Shown: one piece after another, positions 11,748 to 20,740 of the stretch
Layout: every line of letters starts with the position of its first letter
How positions within the stretch are numbered: the first letter of the stretch is position 1
Assembly: GCA_016186765.1 (NCBI GenBank)
Contig: JACPLD010000001.1
Location: forward strand, 133,647-197,646
Origin: Candidatus Kaiserbacteria bacterium
Lineage (GTDB): Bacteria > Patescibacteriota > Minisyncoccia > Phycocordibacterales > UBA2100
Direction: 5' to 3'
DNA: 64,000 bases
The notes under the pieces: generated by a model
Told to the model about the DNA's origin: nothing
The model's input: only the letters and a program-made list of their open reading frames with translations
Databases searched by the model: none
Position numbers and translations under genes: made by a program

Positions 11748-12212
11748 CTATTCAGTCGCACGATTATACCCCGACGCTTCGGTCGGGGCCCCGACTTCCG
11801 ATTGAACATCGGAACGTCGGGGTATCGAATTTGTAACTTTGTTATAAATCTCCAGCAAGCTTTTCTTATAACTCGCATCGACGAGACGCTCGCGGCCTTC
11901 CAAGCGCCAACCGCCAATGAGCGAATCGTCGACACGCATCTCCATGTCTTTCGCACTCGTGCCGAGCTCTTTGAGAATATCTCTTGCCTCACGCTCTGCA
12001 TTTTCGATATCCTTATGCCGCGCAACCGAGAGCACAACAGCTCTCTTCGCGCTCTCCCGCGCCGCGACGCGCATGAGAGCGTGGGCAATCTTAGGCAGAA
12101 GGTTCGCCCGACCGTGCCTCTCCAGATACGCTCGCAACTTCGCGACAGCCGCCTTCGGCTGCTCCCCAGCTTCTATCATCTTCCAAAGCGCTTCTGCGTA
12201 CGCATTCTCCAT
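11748..12212 (-). CDS. atpH: F0F1 ATP synthase subunit delta (OSCP)
   Basis: 154 aa; C-terminal ...DDSLIGGWRLEGRERLVDASYK resembles the delta C-terminal domain; sits between atpF and atpA. Confidence 0.75.
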   Translation of the reverse strand: MENAYAEALWKMIEAGEQPKAAVAKLRAYLERHGRANLLPKIAHALMRVAARESAKRAVVLSVARHKDIENAEREARDILKELGTSAKDMEMRVDDSLIGGWRLEGRERLVDASYKKSLLEIYNKVTNSIPRRSDVQSEVGAPTEASGYNRATE

Positions 12213-12303
12213 AAGTGATTAGCCAATAGGGTTTAGGGTATAGGGTTTTTGAATTTGGTTTTTTGATTTCATATCTAGTGGCTATACCCTAGTGGCTAGA
12301 CCC
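12213..12303. repeat. composite CTAG-rich repeat module upstream of atpH (tagggtttagggtataggg + ctagtggctataccctagtggctag)
   Basis: Shares the ctagtggctataccctagtggcta unit with 9228..9253 and the tagggtatagggtttaggg unit with 22051..22113. The 3' copy overlaps the last codons of atpF. Confidence 0.7.
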
Positions 12304-12738
12304 TCGTAATATTCTCTCTGCCGCGAGCATTGCCGCACGAGCTATTTCCCGCTCACTCTCCTTCAGGGCCTGGCGCTTAGCTTCTTCGGCACGCAGCGCC
12401 GCGTCTTTGAGCGTGCTTGAAGCTCGCGATTCGGCTTCTCTCACAATCTCTTCGGCCTTCTCTTCAGCACGGCTTCGCGCAGCCGCGACGATTCCTTCAG
12501 CCTCTCGAGACGCGCTGCCGATAATCCCCTCCCCTTTCGTTTTTGCTTCAGCAAGTCGCCCTGCCGCAGCTTCTGCGTTCTGCACGCCCTCGGCAATTTT
12601 CTTCCTGCGATCGTCGATCATCTTCAAAACAGGTTCATAGAGAAAGTACCATAGGACTGCAAGCAGAATGCCGAAGTTGAACGCCTGCACCAAGAGCAGT
12701 TTCCAGTTGATGCCAAACGCTGCGAACAACTCGCTCAT
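12289..12738 (-). CDS. atpF: F0F1 ATP synthase subunit b
   Basis: 149 aa; N-terminal TM helix (LLLVQAFNFGILLAVLWYFLY) followed by a long charged coiled-coil rich in A/E/R. Confidence 0.75.
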   Translation of the reverse strand: MSELFAAFGINWKLLLVQAFNFGILLAVLWYFLYEPVLKMIDDRRKKIAEGVQNAEAAAGRLAEAKTKGEGIIGSASREAEGIVAAARSRAEEKAEEIVREAESRASSTLKDAALRAEEAKRQALKESEREIARAAMLAAERILRGSSH

Positions 12739-12762
12739 GCCACGACGAAAAAGTTCACCGCT

Positions 12763-13026
<264 letters not shown>

Positions 13027-13119
13027 TCACTTCTGCTAATTAATAACAAATATGGTCGCATTCTAACATGCGTTTTCAGAAATTCTACGGCTTGACAACT
13101 AGGGATAAAAAGTATGTAG

Positions 13120-13488
13120 TTGTCGCACGAAGCACACGGCTTCGAGCACATTGGAGGATTCGTCATGCCCAAATGCGCATGTACACTTAATGTTCCTGAA
13201 CCTATCGCCCGTCGCTACATGAGTACGCACGACGGGAACTGGCCTTTCGACAGCGAGTGGGCGTTGTTTAAAGCGCGGCTCACATTCGCCTCTGAGCCGG
13301 TGGAGGGCCGAAAGCTGCAGTTCGGTGACGTCATCCACACTGTGACGTTGCAAATCGACGAGGTCTTCTACCATGGTACGCATGAGCGCGTGGAGACTAC
13401 GGTCTACCTCAGCATCGCGCCAACGCCCGTAGAGGTCCAACACGTTGGCGAGTTTATCGACGAGCTGCGACAACACGGCTGGAGGTGA
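13120..13488 (+). CDS. hypothetical protein encoded on the opposite strand inside the atp operon (between atpB and atpE)
   Basis: 122-aa plus-strand ORF with coding-like codon usage; an alternative start is MSTHDGNW. Preceded by TTGACA at 13092 and followed by a weak hairpin+T-run at 13519..13548. A competing minus-strand ORF 13099..13476 is judged less coding-like. Confidence 0.4.
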   Translation: MSHEAHGFEHIGGFVMPKCACTLNVPEPIARRYMSTHDGNWPFDSEWALFKARLTFASEPVEGRKLQFGDVIHTVTLQIDEVFYHGTHERVETTVYLSIAPTPVEVQHVGEFIDELRQHGWR

Positions 13489-13518
13489 AATTTTAGGACG
13501 CTGTTTCTATTAGGGTCT

Positions 13519-13548
13519 GCCGGCGCCATAAGTCCGGCTTTTTCTTTT
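13519..13548 (+). terminator. weak intrinsic terminator candidate after the 13120..13488 ORF
   Basis: gccgg-cgccataagt-ccggc stem (5 bp) followed by tttttctttt. Confidence 0.3.
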
Positions 13549-13626
13549 AATCCGCTTTCGTGCCCAGATTATACGTTCACGAGGGCTGTCCTAATACTCG
13601 TACCATGGTACGAAAACTATGACAGG

Positions 13627-14367
13627 TTAATGCGCCTCGGCACCATGCGGCTCGGAAACGGCGAGCTTGATAAAAAAGAGCGTAAGTAGGGCAAAGATAG
13701 CCGCCTGCAAAAAGCCGATGAAGATTTCAAACAGCATAAGTGGGACAGGCCCGAGATAGGGCGCGAAGAAAATCGCGACCGCGATGATAACCTCCCCAGC
13801 AAGGATATTGCCAAAGAGCCGGAACGCGAGCGAGAACGCTCGCGCAAATTCTCCGATGAATTCGACGATGCCGACAAAAAATCCGATAAAGCTGCGTATA
13901 TCAAAAAATTTCTTGAAATACTGCCATGTGCCTATCACCGCAATACCTGTTATCTCGATAACGAAGAACGAGATGATGGCGAGCGTTAAGGGAACGGTGA
14001 GGTCCGTCGAGGGAGCACGAAGGAGCGGTTCATCCATATACTCAATGGAGCCGATGCCGGGCAGAAAGTGAATCATATTGCCAACAAAGACAAAGAGGAA
14101 AATGGTCATGAGAAGCGGAAAAAATCGCTTCGCCATTTCTCTGCTCTCGAGCACCTCGGCCACATAGTCGTATACAAATGAAAACGCTTCTTCAAGAAGC
14201 GTCTGCAAACGGCCTGATACCATCTCGAGCCTTCCGCGAACGAAGAGGGCGAGGCTGACGAGCAGTGCGATCACGATCCAAGTCGTCACAAGCGTATTCG
14301 TTATGGGTATACCAAACAATTCGCCAAGCTTTTCAGCCGCGATCGCGACGTGTATTCCCTCCTCCAT
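13627..14367 (-). CDS. atpB: F0F1 ATP synthase subunit a
   Basis: 246 aa polytopic membrane protein with the conserved AFRLFGNILAGE motif (essential Arg). Confidence 0.9.
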   Translation of the reverse strand: MEEGIHVAIAAEKLGELFGIPITNTLVTTWIVIALLVSLALFVRGRLEMVSGRLQTLLEEAFSFVYDYVAEVLESREMAKRFFPLLMTIFLFVFVGNMIHFLPGIGSIEYMDEPLLRAPSTDLTVPLTLAIISFFVIEITGIAVIGTWQYFKKFFDIRSFIGFFVGIVEFIGEFARAFSLAFRLFGNILAGEVIIAVAIFFAPYLGPVPLMLFEIFIGFLQAAIFALLTLFFIKLAVSEPHGAEAH

Positions 14368-14388
14368 TGATGGCTAGTCTAGCACGAT

Positions 14389-15273
14389 TTACCGAGCAAT
14401 AAAGCGCCGAATAGCGCGAGCAACATCTCGCTCATAGCCCTTGAATCCATGCCGCGCACCGGCAATTACCATTGCGCGGAAATCGCGCGAGCGATTGTTT
14501 ACCTCGAACCACTTCACGATCTCTTTTGCTGGCCGATCGCCGAATTCATCGCGTCCTGCGAGCAACACGAGAGCCGGCAGGCGAACAGACTTTAGTACTC
14601 TAGGATTTCTCTTCGGATCCCAATAGGTAAATATTTCTTCAGGACCACGTCCTGAGTATAGACTCATGAATCGTTGTGCATCCGCGATCCATGGCCATCC
14701 CCATACACTCGGAGGAAGCAATTCTTTCGCGCGACCGCGTCGCAATGCTCTGCGCGCGTACGTGAGTGCACGAGCAACCTTTTTCTTGTCGTACTCGAGT
14801 CGAAGCGCTGCGTAATCACTGACGGGACCCAGAAGAACGAGGCCTCGCACACCTCTGCCCTTCTTATGAGCCCAAAAGACGGATTTCTGGCAACCGGTCG
14901 AATGGCCGGCAACATAGATTTCCTTCGCGCCCTGCCTGCGCGCAAAGTTGACTGCCCCTTGAATGTCATCGACGCAATCAGTAAAGCGCTCGTGTGCGGC
15001 ACCCGCGCGCAACGCGCGCCGATATACATGGCTCTTATGCGGGAGATACGTGACTTTGTCATGCCCTCTATTATTAAAAGCAAGGACTGCGGTTTTGTTA
15101 TCAACCGATTGCTTTGCTATCTTCAGCTTGCTGAACATGGAACTTCCGAGTCCATGCACCCAAACAATGCACCGTTTGGACCTTTTTGGGCCTAGCCAAA
15201 GACCGTTCAGCAAATATTTTTTCGGCGTGACTATCTCAACGACATGAGCCGGCGTCATGTTCCCTCTTGCCAT
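14389..15273 (-). CDS. alpha/beta hydrolase fold protein
   Basis: 294 aa; GHSTG nucleophile elbow (GxSxG) with upstream HG oxyanion-hole motif (VWVHGLGSS). Confidence 0.7.
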   Translation of the reverse strand: MARGNMTPAHVVEIVTPKKYLLNGLWLGPKRSKRCIVWVHGLGSSMFSKLKIAKQSVDNKTAVLAFNNRGHDKVTYLPHKSHVYRRALRAGAAHERFTDCVDDIQGAVNFARRQGAKEIYVAGHSTGCQKSVFWAHKKGRGVRGLVLLGPVSDYAALRLEYDKKKVARALTYARRALRRGRAKELLPPSVWGWPWIADAQRFMSLYSGRGPEEIFTYWDPKRNPRVLKSVRLPALVLLAGRDEFGDRPAKEIVKWFEVNNRSRDFRAMVIAGARHGFKGYERDVARAIRRFIAR

Positions 15274-16523
15274 GAGCTCAAATATTTTTTTTGTTCAGGT
15301 GAAAGTTTGTCGATTTCTATGCCCATCGAGGCAAGCTTGAGGGAGGCAACAGTTTCCTCGATTTCATCGGAGACGTCGTACACTCCTGATGTCAAGGTGT
15401 CACCTTGACGCACCAGCCACTCGACAGCGAGTGCTTGCGTTGAAAAACTCATGTCCATCACACTCGCCGGATGCCCTTCGGCCGCCGCGAGGTTTACGAG
15501 CCGACCTTCCGAAAGAAGATACACTTTCTTATTTCCTATGCGGTATTCGTCGACGTTCTCACGAATCCGCTTCGGCTTCCCTCCCAGCTTCTCAAGGTCC
15601 TTGAGGCTCACCTCAACATCGAAGTGTCCCGCATTACAGACAAAAGCACCGTCTTTCATCTTCTTGAAGTGTTCGCCGCGAATGACATTGATGTTGCCAG
15701 TGACCGTACAGAAAAGGTCGCCGAAGGGCGCGGCTTCCTCCATCGTGAGCACACGAAAACCGTCCATCGCCGCTTCGAGCGCTTTCACGGCATCAACCTC
15801 GGTGATGATAACGTTTGCACCCATTCCACGTGAGCGCATCGCAAGGCCTTTTCCGCACCAGCCGTAGCCTGCGATCACAAACGTGCGGCCCGCGACGAGC
15901 ATATCGGTCGCGCGGATAATTGCTTCGAGCGTCGATTGGCCGGTGCCATAGCGATTGTCGAAAAGATTTTTCGTCTTTGCGTCGTTCACCGCGACAACGG
16001 GAATTTTGAGTGCTCCGTCGCGCTGCATCGCGCGAAGACGGATAACGCCTGTCGTCGTCTCCTCGGTCGAGCCGATCATCTGCGAAAGGAGCTTCGGATG
16101 GTTCTTATGTATCGTCGAGACTAGATCCGCGCCGTCGTCCATGGTGATGTCCGGCTTCGTCGCAATAACGGCCTCGATATGCTTGAAAAAAGTCTTGCGA
16201 TCTTCCCCAGAAATAGCAAAAACGGGGATTCCGTGCTCGACAAGTCCCGCTGCGGCCTCGTCTTGCGAAGAGAGCGGATTCGATGCACAGAGCGCGACAG
16301 ATGCGCCACCTTCTTTCAGCGTAACCATGAGATTCGCCGTCTCGACGGTCACATGCAGACATGCTCCCACTCGCTTCCCCTTGAGCGGCTTCTCTTTCCG
16401 AAATCGTTCCCGGATCTTCAGCAAAACAGGCATATCCCGCGCCGCCCACTCAATGAGCTGCGCCCCTTCTTTGGCTAGCTTCCTGTCTTTTATGTCGTAT
16501 CGCACGGAGGCAGTATACCCCAT
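15255..16523 (-). CDS. ahcY: adenosylhomocysteinase (S-adenosyl-L-homocysteine hydrolase)
   Basis: 422 aa, conserved along its length (LHVTVETANLMVTLKEGGA..., NAD-binding region GYGWCGKGLA). Confidence 0.95.
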   Translation of the reverse strand: MGYTASVRYDIKDRKLAKEGAQLIEWAARDMPVLLKIRERFRKEKPLKGKRVGACLHVTVETANLMVTLKEGGASVALCASNPLSSQDEAAAGLVEHGIPVFAISGEDRKTFFKHIEAVIATKPDITMDDGADLVSTIHKNHPKLLSQMIGSTEETTTGVIRLRAMQRDGALKIPVVAVNDAKTKNLFDNRYGTGQSTLEAIIRATDMLVAGRTFVIAGYGWCGKGLAMRSRGMGANVIITEVDAVKALEAAMDGFRVLTMEEAAPFGDLFCTVTGNINVIRGEHFKKMKDGAFVCNAGHFDVEVSLKDLEKLGGKPKRIRENVDEYRIGNKKVYLLSEGRLVNLAAAEGHPASVMDMSFSTQALAVEWLVRQGDTLTSGVYDVSDEIEETVASLKLASMGIEIDKLSPEQKKYLSSWQEGT

Positions 16524-16562
16524 TAGATTGCGAGCGGATAGCTCGATCTAACGGGGCAGGCA

Positions 16563-17501
16563 CTAAAGCGGACAATTTTCTCCGTAGGTTTCTTGGTAGC
16601 GTTCTCGCAATTCTGGAAGCGTGAATTGATGATTCTGCGTCCCCTGCTGCTCGACAGCATAGGCGGCGACAGCGCTGCCAATCTGCGCACATATGCGCGG
16701 TGATTGCCCCGAAAGATATCCCGCGATGAATCCCGCGCGAAACGCATCTCCTGCGCCCGTTGGGTCGATCACCTGCTCTACGGCAGCGGCCTTCACGCGC
16801 ACGCTTGAGTCTTTACTCATGATGCGTGAGCCGCTTTCTCCAAGAGTCACGACGACAAGAGCCGCCCGCGCGAGAAGCTCTTTCTCATTCCATCCCGTCT
16901 TTTGCATGATGAGATCGATCTCATAGTCGTTCCCAAAAAGTCCCGCCGATCCATCTATTGCACTTTGCAAATCGTCTGCAGAAAGGATGGGTATCTCTTG
17001 CGCAGGATCGTAAAAGTACGGAAGTCCGCGGGATTTGTAGTGAAGGGGAAGGGCGCGCATGTCGTCCGGATTTCCAGCACCGATGATAGCGCATAACGCA
17101 CTTTCAGTTTCTGGCAACGTTTTGTAGGCAGCTCTTCCGGCTCCAAAGGAAAACGCAGCTATCTGATTGTCTGCCTTGTCGGTAATGATGTATGCAGAAG
17201 AGGTGAGTTCGCTCGGATCGACGTGAATCAGCTCCGTTGCAATGTCCTGCTTCTCTAAATAGGCGCGGTAGGCTCCAAAATCAGAGCCGGCCGTCGAGAT
17301 AATAGACGGTTCATGTCCGAGGAGCTTGAGATTGTATGCGATGTTACCCGCAGTTCCGCCAAAGTTTTCCTCAACACCCTCAACCGCAAAGCTCACGTTG
17401 ATAGTATGTAATTTGTGGGCCAAAAAGTGATCGCGAAAATGTCCCGGAAAATCCATGATCCTGTCGTAGGCGATCGAGCCAGAGACAATGACACGTGACA
17501 T
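16563..17501 (-). CDS. PfkB-family carbohydrate/nucleoside kinase (likely adenosine kinase, given the ahcY context)
   Basis: 312 aa; ribokinase-family motifs GGTAGN and DPTGAGDAF; the adenosine-kinase role is inferred from adjacency to ahcY. Confidence 0.8.
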   Translation of the reverse strand: MSRVIVSGSIAYDRIMDFPGHFRDHFLAHKLHTINVSFAVEGVEENFGGTAGNIAYNLKLLGHEPSIISTAGSDFGAYRAYLEKQDIATELIHVDPSELTSSAYIITDKADNQIAAFSFGAGRAAYKTLPETESALCAIIGAGNPDDMRALPLHYKSRGLPYFYDPAQEIPILSADDLQSAIDGSAGLFGNDYEIDLIMQKTGWNEKELLARAALVVVTLGESGSRIMSKDSSVRVKAAAVEQVIDPTGAGDAFRAGFIAGYLSGQSPRICAQIGSAVAAYAVEQQGTQNHQFTLPELRERYQETYGENCPL

Positions 17502-17545
17502 GCTGCAAGTGTATCAGACTGGATCGGCGTGATATCCTCCCGAAC

Positions 17546-18238
17546 ATGCGAAGTACAGAGGAAGAGAACTCGATCCTGGAGCAGTTCCTAACTCCGAGAG
17601 GGTGCCTCTCGTACATCGTCGGAGACCGCGTGAGTGGTGTGGCCGCTATCATCGACCCTTCGATCGAGATAGAGAACGATGCGTATAAGAACTTCTTGCA
17701 GCAGCACGAACTTTCGCTTTCATACATTATCGACACGCATACACACGCCGACCACATCTCTTCGTCGAAAGAGCTGCGTGCGGAGGGCGCGCGTATCGTC
17801 ATGCACACGCTCGCCCCTTCACCGCGCGTCGACCTTCGTGTAAATGATGGCGACACTCTCGCGGTCGGAAGCCTTGAGCTCAAGTTTCTTGCGGCGCCGG
17901 GGCACGCGCCTGACCACGTTTCTCTCTACGTTCCCCAGCTCGAGACGGTGTTCACGGGCGACACTCTCCTCATCGGAGGAACGGGACGTGCCGATTTTTC
18001 TCACAGCGATCCAGCGGCTCTCCATGAAAGCCTGCAAAAGCTCTTGGCATTCCCTGCTGCCACCCGTGTCTATCCGGGCCATGAGTACAAGGGGCGAACA
18101 CGCTCGACTATTGGGCAAGAGCGCGCGAAAAATCCGCGCCTGCAGCTCTCGCGCGAAGAGTTCATCCGCCACATGCGCGAGCATCGGCCACCCCTTCCAG
18201 AACTCTTCGAGGCATCACTCAAGGCAAACAGAGAATAG
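17546..18238 (+). CDS. MBL-fold metallo-hydrolase (glyoxalase II / ETHE1-like)
   Basis: ORF track 17495..18238; start taken at MRSTEEE; HxHxDH motif THTHADHIS plus downstream PGHAPDH. Confidence 0.8.
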   Translation: MRSTEEENSILEQFLTPRGCLSYIVGDRVSGVAAIIDPSIEIENDAYKNFLQQHELSLSYIIDTHTHADHISSSKELRAEGARIVMHTLAPSPRVDLRVNDGDTLAVGSLELKFLAAPGHAPDHVSLYVPQLETVFTGDTLLIGGTGRADFSHSDPAALHESLQKLLAFPAATRVYPGHEYKGRTRSTIGQERAKNPRLQLSREEFIRHMREHRPPLPELFEASLKANRE

Positions 18239-18497
18239 CGCGAAGAAATTCCGAATGTGACCCCTAACGGCCCTGGAAACCCACGGTTTTCCAGCGTGCT
18301 TCGCGCTACCTTCCTCCACGGAGAACTCCCGTTCTCCGACCCTCTCCCATCCGTCGGAGTCATTTCGTTTCGTAAACTCACTCCATGACCCCGACGGAAG
18401 TCGAATCCGTGTTTCCAGGATGAGAACCTGGCGTCCTGGGCCTCTAGACGACGGGGCCAACAACTGTATTCTTCACACTTTTTGAAAGCGGGCAAGC

Positions 18498-18800
18498 TTA
18501 TTCTGTGTCATCAATCTTCTTGAGAGCGTCCGGATGGCAACGGTAGGGTTTCCCTGTTCCATATTGAACGATTACATCCAATCTGACCTCGTCTTTATTA
18601 ACGATGCTCACTTTCCGGTCGAAATTCATAACCTCCTCTCCTATAGAAAAACTTGCAAGTTTCTCCCGCCGCCGGGCTTTTTCGGCTGCTCGATCGGCGA
18701 GCTGCGCCGCCCTCCTTTCTCCACGCTCCTTATCTCGCGCCAACTGCTTGCGTAGATCTTTCTCAATAATGCCCTGACCTCTTTTTGGCTTTTCAATCAT
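18498..18800 (-). CDS. hypothetical protein (charged N-terminal region, small C-terminal beta-rich domain)
   Basis: 100-aa ORF; no recognisable motif. Confidence 0.4.
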   Translation of the reverse strand: MIEKPKRGQGIIEKDLRKQLARDKERGERRAAQLADRAAEKARRREKLASFSIGEEVMNFDRKVSIVNKDEVRLDVIVQYGTGKPYRCHPDALKKIDDTE

Positions 18801-19080
18801 GGTGTGCCGTATGCAATTATCCTACCATTCCGCGCCGACGGATATGTCGATATTGCAAGTACTCCGTTGTCATGTTTTCAAAAGCCACTCGGGTTCCTGG
18901 CGGACGAGCAGATCGACCGCTTTTTCGGGTTCGGCCATGAGTTTCTCTACTGTGCACTCAAAACACTAAGAAAAATCGAAGGGTCTTACATTTTTAAAAA
19001 TATGTGCTAAAGTGCTGTCAGATGGAAAGTGCCAAATCGGAACTTTTTGTTCTCTCTCAACTCCAACATATGAGGTTGTC

Positions 19081-19959
19081 ATGGACGAGCTCAGACGGAT
19101 GTTACGCGCAGAACCGCTTCTGCATACAACACCTACTCTCAAAGCGCTCAATCTCGCTCGAGTCAGTGCGTCAGGCGGTTCAATCTACTACGGTACCGGC
19201 CTCCGCACGAAAACAGCATTGTCAATCGGGCTTCCGTTTGACGTGTTGATACTCGTTCTAGTTGCCGAGTACCTCAGACGCACGCTTGGATTAAAGGATA
19301 TCTACCACCACATCGCGGATACGCACGCGCTTTCGAATTCGTTCTGTACGAAAGAGAGTGTAGATGCAATTTCAGAAGAATACGAAAAATTACTGAAACG
19401 TATCGCTGAAGTAGTCGGGGTTCCACTTATCGTACAGCGATCTTCTTCCTTCGATGCTTCGCCGGAGTATCGGTCGCTTTTGGAAAACGTCCATAGCGAG
19501 AAAGGGGAATACGTCAAACGCGAGATGTCCGATATCCTTTGGTACCGTACCAAGCACAACGTGTCGCTGAAACTCGGTTGGTTGATTGACCCAAGCGCTA
19601 AACGTATGGGCTTTGATGAACGGCTGTTTGATACAGAGTTCCTGTCTCATTGCGACACGAACATGGATTTCGCCTATACGGTCTCCGGCAGGACGTTCGA
19701 CCGAAAACGCTCTCGCGTATCCCCATACGTAGCAGTGCCGGGGGAGACCCGTTTGCTTTTCAAGAAAGGCGAAGACGCGCAATCCAAGTACGAGCAGGGT
19801 CTGAATAACTGGAGTAACATCGAAACCATGGGAAGTGCAATAGGCACTTTGACGGCTGTTATGCACCTTTGGGACCGCGTGTCCCGCACCCACGTTCCGT
19901 CGCATGCAAATCTGATGGACCGCGTGCAGGCAATTATCGATACAGTCTGTAAGGAATAA
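19081..19959 (+). CDS. hypothetical protein in a compositionally distinct (lower-GC) segment
   Basis: ORF track 19012..19959; start taken at MDELRRMLRAE. The region 18800..20030 is visibly more AT-rich than its surroundings. Followed by a strong terminator. Confidence 0.5.
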   Translation: MDELRRMLRAEPLLHTTPTLKALNLARVSASGGSIYYGTGLRTKTALSIGLPFDVLILVLVAEYLRRTLGLKDIYHHIADTHALSNSFCTKESVDAISEEYEKLLKRIAEVVGVPLIVQRSSSFDASPEYRSLLENVHSEKGEYVKREMSDILWYRTKHNVSLKLGWLIDPSAKRMGFDERLFDTEFLSHCDTNMDFAYTVSGRTFDRKRSRVSPYVAVPGETRLLFKKGEDAQSKYEQGLNNWSNIETMGSAIGTLTAVMHLWDRVSRTHVPSHANLMDRVQAIIDTVCKE

Positions 19960-19974
19960 CGTGGGCCCACCTTG

Positions 19975-20012
19975 CTCCGACCGAAAACGAAACGGTCGGA
20001 GTTTTTTTATTT
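19975..20012 (+). terminator. Rho-independent terminator
   Basis: ctccgaccg-aaaacgaaa-cggtcggag perfect 9-bp stem followed by tttttttattt. Confidence 0.75.
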
Positions 20013-20033
20013 GGTATATACTGGTTATTATAT

Positions 20034-20738
20034 ATGGAATCGAAGGTAATTGGCATACTTGGAGGTCTTGGTCCCGAAACTACAGCCCATTTCTACCTCG
20101 ATATAATCTCCTCTCTAAAAGAACAAGGAGTGTTTGCCCGTCCGCCGATCGTAGCTTGGAGCGTACCTCTCCCCTATGCGCTCGAACGAACATTCATAAC
20201 CGAAGGCGGTGGAAAAGACGAATATCTTTCTTTCCTTGTCGATGGCTGTCAAAGAATTGAGCGAGCTGGAGCCGATTTTATCGTTATACCCTGCAACTCG
20301 GTCCACATCTTTATTCAGGAGTTGCGTCAGAGAGTACAGATACCGGTGCTAAGCATTGTCGAAGAAACCAGGGAATTTCTACGTGGTGCGGGACTCGAAA
20401 AAATCGTCCTTCTCGCGACAACCCCAACCATCGAGGGCGACCTCTACCAGACCGTCCTTGAACAAAGCGGTGTGCGGGTAAAGATACCTGATGCCGGCCA
20501 ACAGGCGATTTTGAATCGAGTCATTCAGCGGCTCGCTGCAAGCGAAGCCGATGAAACGGATGCGAAATCATTCCACAATATACTAGAGTCATTTTTGAGG
20601 ACTGGCACTGCAACAATACTTCTGGCCTGCACCGATCTTCAGTTGCTTGCAGAAAAAGAAGCGGAACCGATGCGCGTTTACGACACCATAAATATTTTAG
20701 TTCAAGCTACAGTGAGAAAATGGAACAACGTACACTAA
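20034..20738 (+). CDS. aspartate/glutamate racemase family protein
   Basis: 234 aa MESKVIGILGGLGPETTAHFY...IVIPCNSVH...LLACTDL; the two conserved Cys regions of Asp/Glu racemases. Confidence 0.8.
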   Translation: MESKVIGILGGLGPETTAHFYLDIISSLKEQGVFARPPIVAWSVPLPYALERTFITEGGGKDEYLSFLVDGCQRIERAGADFIVIPCNSVHIFIQELRQRVQIPVLSIVEETREFLRGAGLEKIVLLATTPTIEGDLYQTVLEQSGVRVKIPDAGQQAILNRVIQRLAASEADETDAKSFHNILESFLRTGTATILLACTDLQLLAEKEAEPMRVYDTINILVQATVRKWNNVH

Positions 20739-20740
20739 AA

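Noticed and set aside
13099-13476. 125-aa minus-strand ORF in the atpB-atpE gap
   Set aside because: It overlaps the plus-strand 122-aa ORF, which shows better third-position GC bias and is bracketed by promoter-like and terminator-like signals. The minus-strand ORF is kept as an alternative in the finding rather than annotated.
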